Counted from the first letter of the stretch, positions 41,611 to 51,239 are shown. The stretch: DNA of 64,000 nt from an uncultured bacterium (GCA_963700155.1 OY969472.1:381511-445510), one strand, 5' to 3'. Numbers and translations are program-made. Notes: generated by a model from the letters alone, not told the origin.

Positions 41611-41768
41611 ATTTTTGTCTTAAAATTCACATTATTATATCACTCAAAGTATAATTCCCTCTTAATAATAAGTAAATTTGAGTTATAAATATACCATAGT
41701 TTTATTAAATTTTTATTATTAAACAATTTAAAGTAAAATGCTTATTAATTCAATTTTAATCAATATAT

Positions 41769-42611
41769 ATGAGTCCAAATCATAAAGAAATCCGGAAAAA
41801 TATAAAAAAAATAATTAAATACAGAGAATATACAGATGATGATCTTGTTATTATTCCTGATATTGTTGGAAGAAATATTTTCAGATTAGATCATTTACAA
41901 AAGTTAGCTAAAGAGAAAAACTTAAATATAATAGATTGTGGTGCTCATATTGGAGTTTTCTCGTTATTAGCAAGCTACTATTTTCCAAAATATAAAATTC
42001 ATGCATTCGAACCGAATCCTGATAGTTTTAAATACCTAAAAGAGAACGCTGAAAAAAGGAAAAATATTATTATTTATAACAAAGCAGTTGGATATAAAGA
42101 TTCAACTATGAAATTATACCAACCTAAAGATTCTGCTAGAAACGGGAGCTGGACAGTTATCCCTCAAGGAGCAAGACATATAATTGGGAAAAAATCTATC
42201 GAAGTGGATGTAATAAATTTATATAATTTTATTGAAAAGTTAAATGAGCCAGTTTTTATATTAAAGCTTGATTTAGAAGGTTTTGAAGCAGAAATTATTA
42301 ATAGATTTCCAACAAAATTATTAAAAAAGATTAAAATTATCTTACTAGAAGAGCATGAAATCCCAATTATCCATGATATTTTAAAAAAGAATAAATTTGT
42401 AGTAGCCTTCAACCCTTCAAACTCACAAAGACAATTCGTTTATGTAAACACTGATAATAATCAGAATACTCTGTTTGAATGTTTTGAAATGTATAAAATA
42501 ATAACTAGAGAAAATTACAGAGAAAAATATAAAGAACTTGAAGCTGAGCTAAAAAAATATAAATTTCAAAAATCTGTTATTCTTAAATTTACTAGTAAAT
42601 TTCTAAAATAA
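41769..42611 (+). CDS. FkbM-family methyltransferase
   Basis: IDCGAHIG, AFEPNP, KLDLEGFE. Confidence 0.9.
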   Translation: MSPNHKEIRKNIKKIIKYREYTDDDLVIIPDIVGRNIFRLDHLQKLAKEKNLNIIDCGAHIGVFSLLASYYFPKYKIHAFEPNPDSFKYLKENAEKRKNIIIYNKAVGYKDSTMKLYQPKDSARNGSWTVIPQGARHIIGKKSIEVDVINLYNFIEKLNEPVFILKLDLEGFEAEIINRFPTKLLKKIKIILLEEHEIPIIHDILKKNKFVVAFNPSNSQRQFVYVNTDNNQNTLFECFEMYKIITRENYREKYKELEAELKKYKFQKSVILKFTSKFLK

Positions 42612-43417
42612 TGAAAATCAACATTGTTACTGAGAAAGCTCCTGGCTGGGTATTAAGATGGATTGCAGAAAGCTATGCTAAATATATTCCTGGTTGTGTT
42701 GTAAATACTGAGGTAGATAAGACTGCTGATATAAATTTTTATATAAATTATGATATATTTCAGCAAAAAAGTGGAACAATAGACGTAGGTTACTTCACTC
42801 ATAAAGAAAGAGTATATGAAGATAAGGCATATGAAGGTCTTTCCGATAAAGAAAAAGAGTTTATGAGAAATAACGCTTTTGTACGTGGTAAACATTTCGA
42901 AGAAGTAGCCAATGAGGTTGATTGGTGTATTGCTATGAATGAAAGATTGCTAGATGATTTACCTCGTGAAAAGAGTACAGTTAATTTAATACCTCCTGAC
43001 CCACAATTCATGAAAGGTGATATTGTAATCGGATGGGTTGGAAGAACAAGCAAAACTGGACGTAAAAGAATAAATTGGATGGAAGATTTACATTCGATTG
43101 AAGGAATAAAAATAAAAGCAACTGAAGGTAAATATGATTGGAAAGAATTACCCGAATTCTATAAATCAATTGATTATCTACTAATTTATAGTGAAAATGA
43201 AGGAGGTCCTCTACCTCTCGTAGAAGCATTGGCAATGGGAGTACCAGTAATAAGCAATAATGTTGGTTTTGTACCTAAATATACTACTCTGCGCTTTAAT
43301 ACACTGGAAGAATTAAAACAGTTGCTCTCAGGATTAGTAATAAAGAAAGATGCCTGGGAGAAATCTTCAAAGGATCTCTATAATGTTTTCTTAAATTTAT
43401 ACAATTCTAGAAAGTAG
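42611..43417 (+). CDS. Compact GT4-like glycosyltransferase
   Basis: IGWVGR, SENEGGPLPLVEALAMGVPVI. Confidence 0.8.
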   Translation: MKINIVTEKAPGWVLRWIAESYAKYIPGCVVNTEVDKTADINFYINYDIFQQKSGTIDVGYFTHKERVYEDKAYEGLSDKEKEFMRNNAFVRGKHFEEVANEVDWCIAMNERLLDDLPREKSTVNLIPPDPQFMKGDIVIGWVGRTSKTGRKRINWMEDLHSIEGIKIKATEGKYDWKELPEFYKSIDYLLIYSENEGGPLPLVEALAMGVPVISNNVGFVPKYTTLRFNTLEELKQLLSGLVIKKDAWEKSSKDLYNVFLNLYNSRK

Positions 43418-43441
43418 TATAAAACTATTTTTTACTCTTTT

Positions 43442-43461
43442 TTGTAAGAACTTTGTAAGAA
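43442..43461 (+). promoter_or_regulatory. Direct-repeat box TTGTAAGAA-CT-TTGTAAGAA
   Basis: 11-bp period; same box at 51122 and 61247. Confidence 0.7.
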
Positions 43462-43502
43462 GTGACTTTTATATTGTAATTATTATTTATTATTAATTAC
43501 AT

Positions 43503-44228
43503 ATGAGAAGTCAAATTATCGCAATATTCTTAGTGAGTACATTCATAATACTCGCTAGTACCCAATTAGTAAGTGCTGCAACATCAAGCATTACAATGAA
43601 CCCTAATACTGAAGTCTTTTTCCAAGATAACGGACAAATAAGGAGTGCTGATGATAATCATAGAATATTATTCAGAAGGACAGAAAATATACTAGAACTT
43701 AGGGAGTATGGTGATATTTTGTTAAGACCTGGATCAACATCTAGTAGTCAAGCAAGTGTAACTGCATCTAATTACTACAATAATGATGTAGGTGCATATC
43801 AAATTGCAACATTCAAGAAAGATGATGGAAGAGCTCTAAGTATTTTAGGTCGACCAGGTGCTTTCCTGTTTAATACCAATGATAGATACATTTTCTATAC
43901 CGATAATGGGAAAAAAGATTTAGAGATAAACGATAAAGGAATAATTACTAAACAGGTAACTGTTCAAAGTGATTGGGCAGATTATGTCTTTGATAATAAT
44001 TACAATTTAATGAATCTTTCTGATCTTGATACTTATATTTCTCAAAACAAACATCTTCCTGATATTCCTGATGTATCTTCAATTGAGAATGATGGATTAA
44101 AACTTGGTGAAATGCAGAAATTACAGATGGAGAAGATTGAAGAACTAACACTTTACATTATTCAAATGAATAAACGAGTAGATGCTTTGGAAAAAGAAAA
44201 TGGTGAATTAAGAGCATTATTAAATTAA
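43503..44228 (+). CDS. Secreted protein with S74-like (tail-fibre chaperone-type) C-terminus
   Basis: Signal peptide; WADYVF...HLPDIP...MEKIEELTLYII followed by a coiled coil. Confidence 0.7.
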   Translation: MRSQIIAIFLVSTFIILASTQLVSAATSSITMNPNTEVFFQDNGQIRSADDNHRILFRRTENILELREYGDILLRPGSTSSSQASVTASNYYNNDVGAYQIATFKKDDGRALSILGRPGAFLFNTNDRYIFYTDNGKKDLEINDKGIITKQVTVQSDWADYVFDNNYNLMNLSDLDTYISQNKHLPDIPDVSSIENDGLKLGEMQKLQMEKIEELTLYIIQMNKRVDALEKENGELRALLN

Positions 44229-44247
44229 TTTATTTTATTTACTTAAT

Positions 44248-45021
44248 ATGAGAAATCTTAAAATATCTAAAGTTTTAAAAGTAATATTAGTAATAACTGG
44301 ATTTGCTCTATCTATAATTCTCTTACAAGATTACCAACTTAATCCTGTACTAGCTGAGAAGAATCCCTCCAGTTATCCTATTATTAAAAACTTATCAAAA
44401 AAGGAACTTTTGCAAAAATCAATATGGGACGGGAAAAGTGATACTGAGCTAGGTTTTGATTTTAAATATCCTAATTCATTAAGTACAAATAGATACAATA
44501 GAAAGATTGGGAATGAGTCAATAAATAATATTACATCCATATCAAATAATGAAGAAATTAATACTGAAGAAGATTTAGTAAATATTGAAATAATTCCTAT
44601 TAAAACTTTTAAAAAGTCTACTGCATTAGAAACACTTGAGTCTTATATAGTTAGTTATGTAGGAATAATTGAAAAGAATAATCAAAAGACATTTCAACAG
44701 AATGATTTTGATATAGCTCAGATTGGATACAATCCTTTTGCGGATGATGGAGAAAATTATTTTAGAGTATATACATTACTACAAAAAGGTAACCGTGCAT
44801 GGATTATTACAATAGGATATTTCACAGATTATGATCAATCTGATTCTTTAAATATGACACATGATTATAAAGCTACTTTATATCAAAATATTATTGATAA
44901 CTTTCAATCAGAAAGTAAATATAAAGATTCAGAGTTAAATGTTCTGGATATTTCTAAAGTAGATAAGAATTGGATTAAAGAGTACCACAAAAATAATTCT
45001 AAATTTATTACAAACATTTAA
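44248..45021 (+). CDS. Exported hypothetical protein (possibly PsbP-like fold)
   Basis: N-terminal TM/signal, GFDFKYP motif. Confidence 0.55.
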   Translation: MRNLKISKVLKVILVITGFALSIILLQDYQLNPVLAEKNPSSYPIIKNLSKKELLQKSIWDGKSDTELGFDFKYPNSLSTNRYNRKIGNESINNITSISNNEEINTEEDLVNIEIIPIKTFKKSTALETLESYIVSYVGIIEKNNQKTFQQNDFDIAQIGYNPFADDGENYFRVYTLLQKGNRAWIITIGYFTDYDQSDSLNMTHDYKATLYQNIIDNFQSESKYKDSELNVLDISKVDKNWIKEYHKNNSKFITNI

Positions 45022-45022
45022 A

Positions 45023-45685
45023 ATGAAAAAACTTAGCTTATTAATTATTTTTAGTGTCGCATTACTATTCCCTATTGTGGTAAAGGCGGAAACTTTTACT
45101 TGGCCTTCAGATGGTTATTTAGGGTGGAGATATTACCAAAATACTAATGGACAAGAAGGTATTAATGGCACATATCATACTGGAATAGATATATGGTCAA
45201 ATGCAGATGGAGGTTGGAATAATGATGTAGTGGGAAGTAGCAATCCGGTCTATCCAGCTTACCAAGGTTCAGTAGTATATGTGGACAGTTTAGGAATAAT
45301 CATTAAGCATAGCAATAGTCTTTATACAAAATACTGGCATATAAGGAACAGAAAAGTTTCGGTAAATAACAGTGTAAATACTATCTCAATTTTAGGTTAT
45401 CAAGATTATGCTAGCGCTGTTCATGTTCATGTCACCGTGGCTTCAAGTGCTAGTGGTGGAGATGCAAGTAATACCCTGGATCCATCTGATTACTTCGGTG
45501 TAGAACTAGATGTTCGTAAATCCAATGTGGCACCTTGGGGATATCATGTTACACATGGTTGTGGCGGATCAGAGGTAACAATAAGTAATCAAGATATTTC
45601 AAATTTGAATTGTTCAGCAAATAATTCAATTAAGATTTATCCTAATGTAAAAATCTATCCCAATAGTCGTTTTTTTATTCAATAA
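45023..45685 (+). CDS. Secreted M23-family peptidase
   Basis: Signal peptide, HTGIDI (HxxxD), YWH, HVH (HxH). Confidence 0.82.
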   Translation: MKKLSLLIIFSVALLFPIVVKAETFTWPSDGYLGWRYYQNTNGQEGINGTYHTGIDIWSNADGGWNNDVVGSSNPVYPAYQGSVVYVDSLGIIIKHSNSLYTKYWHIRNRKVSVNNSVNTISILGYQDYASAVHVHVTVASSASGGDASNTLDPSDYFGVELDVRKSNVAPWGYHVTHGCGGSEVTISNQDISNLNCSANNSIKIYPNVKIYPNSRFFIQ

Positions 45686-45701
45686 ATATTAAAATAAAAA
45701 T

Positions 45702-46457
45702 ATGAAAAAGAAATATATTATATTAATTACAATAGCTATAGTTCTATTAATTTCTGTTTTTATTATAATTTACTTACTCGTTAAAAATAAGCAAATTAGT
45801 AATAATGATCAAACAGATTTTAATTCTCAGACCACTGTTTCTTATCCTTCAAACGAAAATTCAGGTTTAAGTTTTAGAGAAATAGATAATAAAGACATAG
45901 AATTCACATTAAATCAAACAACCGTAGCGAGTCCTTTAAAAGGTGAAACTGAAGATTTTACCTTTCAATCCGAGCTTAATCAGAATCCGATAGAACTCGC
46001 TCAAATAGGAAATCAAGGAGTTGTGATTTCAAGTGAAAATATTAATATAATAATCTATCTTAAAGCTGAATCTTTCGGTGGTATATATAATGCCATGATA
46101 AGTGAACAAAGTATTCCTAACCATCTTAATATTTCTGAATTATCAAGAGTAGAAAATAAATCAGTGGATTTTGCTAAAGAAGAATTTAGTATTTATGGAC
46201 TTTCCGGTAAAAAATATTACTTTTATACTGATACAAAAACTGGTGATGCTCAATGCGCACAAGTAACTAAAGATCAATTTTGTGGAGAAGCACATATAAC
46301 AATTAAAGGTACCAATGGGCAAGGAATCGATGCCACAACAATAATTTATTGTTCTGTGAATAATGAACAAGATGTAAAATATTGCGATGAATTTGTTTCG
46401 AATCTAAAAGTTAAATCTGAAAATTTAAAAATATATCCTGTAAGTTATTTTAGATGA
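45702..46457 (+). CDS. Membrane-anchored exported hypothetical protein
   Basis: N-terminal TM, Cys pairs. Confidence 0.6.
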   Translation: MKKKYIILITIAIVLLISVFIIIYLLVKNKQISNNDQTDFNSQTTVSYPSNENSGLSFREIDNKDIEFTLNQTTVASPLKGETEDFTFQSELNQNPIELAQIGNQGVVISSENINIIIYLKAESFGGIYNAMISEQSIPNHLNISELSRVENKSVDFAKEEFSIYGLSGKKYYFYTDTKTGDAQCAQVTKDQFCGEAHITIKGTNGQGIDATTIIYCSVNNEQDVKYCDEFVSNLKVKSENLKIYPVSYFR

Positions 46458-46466
46458 TTTAAGATA

Positions 46467-47396
46467 CTAAAGTTCAATATCTTTAAAAGTCTCTTTTATA
46501 TCATCAACAATTTTTAGTGCTTGGTTCATTGCATAATTGGAAGAATTTATTGTTTTTCTTGTACAACTTTCAGCATCATTAACTGGATTACTTATACACT
46601 GCTTAACCACAGCATCATCTTCACTAGATAAGATATCTTTTGCTTTTATATCTCTCATAAATAAATATAAATCTTGCCCTTTGACTACAAATATATAAAC
46701 TCCAATTGGATAGTTCTCAAGCGAATACTCTACACCAGTGCCTCCAAATCCTAAAGCCATTTTTGCTTTATCAGCTCCAGAGAAAGTAATCTCAGGATAA
46801 CTTATTTCATCTGTATAGTCAGGATTGAATTCTTTTTGATTACACAAATTATTTGGGAAACTTAAGAATAAAGAATCAAAATAACCAGAATCAAAATCAC
46901 TAATTAATGATTCACCAAATGCACTTCTTGTAGTTTGATTGTTTGCTTTCGAAATGTAGTAATTATCATAAGACTTTACAATCTGATCATCTTGAATAAA
47001 ATCTATTCTACAGCTATCAGTAAATTGTATCTTTCTGACATATAATTTGTTTCCCAAACTCAAAATATTTATTTTTGCATAGGAGACAGGATAAGATAAA
47101 GTAGAAAATCTTGATAACACTTCATCACTTATGAGTTTACTATTATAAGAAACAACATCACTATTATTTTCATTTGTAATAGAGGTATATTTAGGAGTTA
47201 ATTCATTTATTATAACTAGTCCTCCTAATAATATTAATATTAGAAAAATAATAACGAATAAATATTTTCTTTTCTTAAAAAAACTGATTAATTTAATATC
47301 TTTTCTTGTCATTTTATCTGTATTAATATCTCCCTCTTCAGGTTTTATATCTGTTTGGTTCATACTATTGGGTAATAAATTTACCGAATTGTACAA
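46467..47396 (-). CDS. Membrane-anchored exported hypothetical protein
   Basis: Basic patch plus TM helix, Cys pairs. Confidence 0.6.
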   Translation of the reverse strand: MYNSVNLLPNSMNQTDIKPEEGDINTDKMTRKDIKLISFFKKRKYLFVIIFLILILLGGLVIINELTPKYTSITNENNSDVVSYNSKLISDEVLSRFSTLSYPVSYAKINILSLGNKLYVRKIQFTDSCRIDFIQDDQIVKSYDNYYISKANNQTTRSAFGESLISDFDSGYFDSLFLSFPNNLCNQKEFNPDYTDEISYPEITFSGADKAKMALGFGGTGVEYSLENYPIGVYIFVVKGQDLYLFMRDIKAKDILSSEDDAVVKQCISNPVNDAESCTRKTINSSNYAMNQALKIVDDIKETFKDIEL

Positions 47397-47439
47397 TAAT
47401 TTTATTAAAAAGTCTTTGTTTTAGAATACAAATTTATAC

Positions 47440-47474
47440 AAAAAGGGCAGTCCCGAGAATCGGGACCGCCCTTT
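47440..47474 (-). terminator. Intrinsic terminator after the pspC/liaF-like pair
   Basis: AAAGGGC-AGTCCCGAGAATCGGGACC-GCCCTTT. Confidence 0.75.
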
Positions 47475-47492
47475 CAAATATCTATATTCCAA

Positions 47493-48617
47493 TTAGTTTA
47501 TTGCCATGCTTCCAGAACTTATTGTAACAACAACTTTTACAGTCTTCGAGGCTGTATCAAAATTGTCACTTTTGAAAATTCCATTCCTATTCAATGAATT
47601 TCCTCTAACTATAAGACTTCCACTGCTAACTGTATAATCAACTTCAACACCAACAGTGCTAGGTAATTCAACCTGCATACTTCCAGAACTTAACTTCAAC
47701 GTAAAATCTCCAGATGGTAATGAATCCTCTCCTAAAACTACTTTTAATGATCCTGATGAAACATTACTCTCCAAATTATTTACCATAGCACTATCTAAAT
47801 TTACTTCACCTGAACCAGATGCTACATCAACAGTAACATCACTTGGAATTTCTGGTTTTCCTATTGTTAAATCATATTGTTTTTTTCCGATAGTGAATAT
47901 ATTAAAGTTAGTATTATCTTTTGTAGAAAAGTTAATATTTAACTTTGAATTATTAGCTGAGCTTTCTAAAACTGGGACTCCATAGTTCTGAAAATAGATG
48001 CTGTTAGCTTCAAAATAATTGACTGAACTACTGTCATTTAATGAAAAAGAACCACTGCCAATTGTTACAGAAACATCTCTACTCTGAATATTCTGATAAT
48101 CATCTTCTGTTATCACATCATCTTTAGTCAATGCATTTGAATTTAAATTAATATTCAAAGAATTCTCCAAATTATTTAACCAATCCCAATTTAAATTCCA
48201 GCTTGGACTCGTTCCGTTAACCGAAATCAAGGCTGAAAAGAAAATAACGCTTCCACATAATAAAAGTGTTACCAATCCAATCAATAATGCAGATATTCTT
48301 GACCTGCCTAAAATAATCTGCAATCCAATAAGAACTAAGAACAATGGCCAGAATCTCCAAACATTAGTCCAAATGTCCCATGGAAGTATTCCTAAATTAT
48401 TTAGAAGGAATACTACACCAACCATAATTAGAATAATCGCCCATACTATTGATCCATAAGGATTATGCTCATGCCTCCATTCATGTCTTTCTTCACGCCT
48501 TCTTCGTCTCTCTTCTCGTCTTTCATCCCTCCAACTTTTTTTATTTTCTACTGAGTCTGGAGACTTTGCCTCAGTCTGGCTGTTTTCCTGGCTGCCATCA
48601 CCATTTGTATTACTCAT
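47493..48617 (-). CDS. LiaF/LiaI-like (DUF5668-type) membrane protein with beta-solenoid C-terminus
   Basis: GVVFLLNNLG...WRFWPLFLVLIG; repeated xxSSG strands. Confidence 0.75.
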   Translation of the reverse strand: MSNTNGDGSQENSQTEAKSPDSVENKKSWRDERREERRRRREERHEWRHEHNPYGSIVWAIILIMVGVVFLLNNLGILPWDIWTNVWRFWPLFLVLIGLQIILGRSRISALLIGLVTLLLCGSVIFFSALISVNGTSPSWNLNWDWLNNLENSLNINLNSNALTKDDVITEDDYQNIQSRDVSVTIGSGSFSLNDSSSVNYFEANSIYFQNYGVPVLESSANNSKLNINFSTKDNTNFNIFTIGKKQYDLTIGKPEIPSDVTVDVASGSGEVNLDSAMVNNLESNVSSGSLKVVLGEDSLPSGDFTLKLSSGSMQVELPSTVGVEVDYTVSSGSLIVRGNSLNRNGIFKSDNFDTASKTVKVVVTISSGSMAIN

Positions 48618-49069
48618 CTTTTAAATTTAAAAATTAATATAAAACCGATGACTACTAAAACTAATGGCCATAATTTCCATATATCAAATAAAGGGAAAAA
48701 ACCAAAATTAGTTGATAAAAAACATACCCCTATTAAAGCTATAAATACTCCTATAATAATTCTTCCATTCTCATGATCAACAGAATGAGAAATATCTTTA
48801 GCAAATGTTTCAGCTTTATCTTTAAGTTCATCAGAATTCTTTCGAATATACTCCTCTGAACTGAGGTTTTCTTTTATACTAGATTCTGTAGGAATTAATA
48901 CCCACATTATGATATACGCAACTATTCCACTACCTCCGAAGAGAAAGATTACAATGAAAATAAGTCTTATTAATACTGGATCAACGTCAAAATATTCACC
49001 TAAACCACCACATACTCCGGCAATTACTCTATCTCTTTCAGATCTGTATAACCTTCTTGGCTCATTCAT
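48614..49069 (-). CDS. pspC: PspC-domain protein
   Basis: RLYRSERDRVIAGVCGGLGEYFDVDPVLIR. Confidence 0.92.
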   Translation of the reverse strand: MNEPRRLYRSERDRVIAGVCGGLGEYFDVDPVLIRLIFIVIFLFGGSGIVAYIIMWVLIPTESSIKENLSSEEYIRKNSDELKDKAETFAKDISHSVDHENGRIIIGVFIALIGVCFLSTNFGFFPLFDIWKLWPLVLVVIGFILIFKFKR

Positions 49070-49165
49070 ATCAAATTTAAAATAATATTTTATACAATAA
49101 ATTTACCTCGAGAACGGAAGAAATGCAAGATACTAAAACGGGAATCTGTAGATATATGAGGAGAT

Positions 49166-49237
49166 TGGACTTAGCCGGGGTCGAACCGGCCTCTTTCGAA
49201 TGCGAATCGAATGCTCTGCCAGATAAGCTATAAGCCC
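49166..49237 (-). tRNA. tRNA-Ala(CGC), CCA not encoded
   Basis: GGGCTTA/TAAGTCC acceptor with G3.U70; anticodon arm TTCGA-TTCGCAT-TCGAA; GGTTCGACC T-loop. Confidence 0.93.
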
Positions 49238-49290
49238 AACAGGAGTAAGTATTTGTTTACTCCGAACAGATCAAATGTTGATATCTTTAT

Positions 49291-49372
49291 TGCCGACGAC
49301 AGGAGTCGAACCTGCACAAGCAAGCTTACACGCTCCTGAAGCGTGCGCGTATTCCAGTTCCGCCACGTCGGC
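49291..49372 (-). tRNA. tRNA-Leu(CAG), CCA not encoded
   Basis: GCCGACG/CGTCGGC acceptor; CACGC-TTCAGGA-GCGTG; long variable arm; GGTTCGACT. Confidence 0.95.
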
Positions 49373-49375
49373 TAT

Positions 49376-50214
49376 CTATTTTATTTCAACATTATATTTA
49401 GCAGGAGGCACTTTATTGTCAATAACTGGCGACATTTCCTCTGCTACATTCCAAATTATTTCAAAAATTTGTTTCTGCATTTTTGAGATTTGAGTATTGT
49501 AAACCTCCACCCCATAAGGTTCTTCATTATACCATCCATAATAGGCGACAACATCATTATAAATATCTACTTGATGAGTTATATCTAAAATATTTGGAGG
49601 TATATATCTGGTCTTAAAATTGTATTCATTGTAAGAAATTTTCTTTTCATACTCTTTTACACTAGCAAGATATGTATCACTAACTAAGTCTCTAAATCTC
49701 AAATGCCTTATAGAAAATTCATCCTGCCACTTTTTTGCAAACTCTTCACCAACAATTTCAGGAAAATACCTAAAACTGTATCCGACACACTCTCTATACG
49801 CTTTTAATGTGTTCCAAGCCATCTGTTTGATACCCTCTGATCCTTGATATAGCAAGACCTTGGTCCCAGGCTGAGAAATTGATGTTGTCGCCGAAAGATA
49901 CTTTGATATTTCCGGCATAATTTTTTTTAGGAAATCAACTTTAGATTCTTCTTCTTTAATTAATAAATCTAGTTTATCTGCTCCAACTGCAAAAATTAGT
50001 TTTTTGTTTTCTTTTAGTACTTCTTCAACTAATCCTCTTTTTTTTAAATCTTCAACATATCTATATACATTTGTTCTGCTAATTTTTGCACTTCTTGAGA
50101 TTTGTAGTATAGTTTGCCCTCCATTTTCAACAAGTGTTAGATAGATCTTTGATTGATCGAAAGTGTAAGACCTAAACTAGATAAAAATTTTATTAAAGTT
50201 TCAATATCTTTCAT
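49376..50214 (-). pseudogene. TrmB-family HTH regulator with a frameshift near codon 17
   Basis: MKDIETLIKFLSSLGLT in one frame; FDQSKIYLTL...ISRTNVYRYVEDLKKRGLV in another, continuous with ORF 49376-49918; extra AC at about 50163-50166. Confidence 0.8.
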
Positions 50215-50359
50215 TTATATATTCTAAAAAAGTGTTGTATATTAGCTCATCTGTCCACCAAAAGGACAACAGATATATAATCATACTACCTTAGGATTAT
50301 AATATCGTCAAGCATGTCCATGAATCGTTGCAGAATAACTATTTTTTAGATTTAAACCT

Positions 50360-51106
50360 ATGAAAATTACTGATTCATATAACAAAATATTTAAAAATAT
50401 AAATAGAGTTCTTATTGTCATGGCACATCCAGATGATCTTGAAATATATTGTGGGGGAACTGTATCAAGATTAATCGCCGATAATAAAGAAGTTATGTCA
50501 ATAAAAATGAATTTAGGAAATAAAGGGTCAAGACAAGAACAAATATCTACGATAGAGCTTACTAAACAAAGATTAAATGAGGACAATAATGCAATGAAAG
50601 TTTTAGGGTTAAAATCTGAAAATAATATATATTTAAATTTTAAAGATGGAGAAGTCGAAAACAGCCTTAAAACAATTGAGAGACTTGCTTATTATATTAG
50701 AAAATTCAAACCCGATTTAATTATTACACATAATCCAGAAGATAAAATTATCAAATTTGATAGTGAAAATAGCTGGATCAATCACCGAGATCATTTAAAC
50801 ACAGGATTATCTGCAATTGATGCAGCTTATCCTTACAGTAGAGATATATTATTCTTTCCAGAACACTTTTCTGATAAAGATGTTCATTCTCACATTTGTA
50901 CAAAATTCCTATTAGTTGATTATTACAATCATGAAGATACTATAAGTATAGAAATGACAAAGTATACAGATTTAAGAACTAAATCTATTGCTGCACATTC
51001 ATCTCAGTATCCTAAAAAAGAAGCGCAAGAATCTACCGATTTCTTTACAAATTTAGATAACTCTGGGAAAAGATATGAACGATTTAGATTTGTTGAGACT
51101 GATTAA
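50360..51106 (+). CDS. PIG-L/LmbE-family deacetylase
   Basis: AHPDDLE, FKDG, HRDH, HSSQ. Confidence 0.92.
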   Translation: MKITDSYNKIFKNINRVLIVMAHPDDLEIYCGGTVSRLIADNKEVMSIKMNLGNKGSRQEQISTIELTKQRLNEDNNAMKVLGLKSENNIYLNFKDGEVENSLKTIERLAYYIRKFKPDLIITHNPEDKIIKFDSENSWINHRDHLNTGLSAIDAAYPYSRDILFFPEHFSDKDVHSHICTKFLLVDYYNHEDTISIEMTKYTDLRTKSIAAHSSQYPKKEAQESTDFFTNLDNSGKRYERFRFVETD

Positions 51107-51121
51107 TAGGTGGATCCAAAT

Positions 51122-51155
51122 ATGTAAGAATATTGTAAGAAGTTTTTACTAAAAT
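51122..51155 (+). promoter_or_regulatory. Direct-repeat box plus -10 (TAAAAT) for the tRNA-like RNA
   Basis: ATGTAAGAA-TA-TTGTAAGAA at 51122-51141; TAAAAT at 51150-51155. Confidence 0.6.
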
Positions 51156-51165
51156 ATATCCACCT

Positions 51166-51231
51166 GGGGATACCAAGTGGATGACTGCTCTGTCAAAGCA
51201 CATCATAAGGGTTCAATTCCCCTCATCTCCA
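51166..51231 (+). ncRNA. tRNA-like / tmRNA-TLD-like RNA lacking a D-stem (RNA-A)
   Basis: GGGGATA.../CATCTCC-A acceptor (6 of 7 pairs, G3.U70); TGCT-CTGTCAA-AGCA arm; AAGGG-TTCAATT-CCCCT T-arm. Confidence 0.6.
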
Positions 51232-51239
51232 GCTTAATA

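Noticed and set aside
49275-49493. 72-aa ORF on the + strand
   Set aside because: It is the antisense reading of tRNA-Leu and the end of the TrmB-like gene.
51207-51231. att-site duplication of the nearby tRNA-Ala(CGC)
   Set aside because: Opposite strand and a different acceptor and T-arm sequence; a partner outside the window cannot be excluded.
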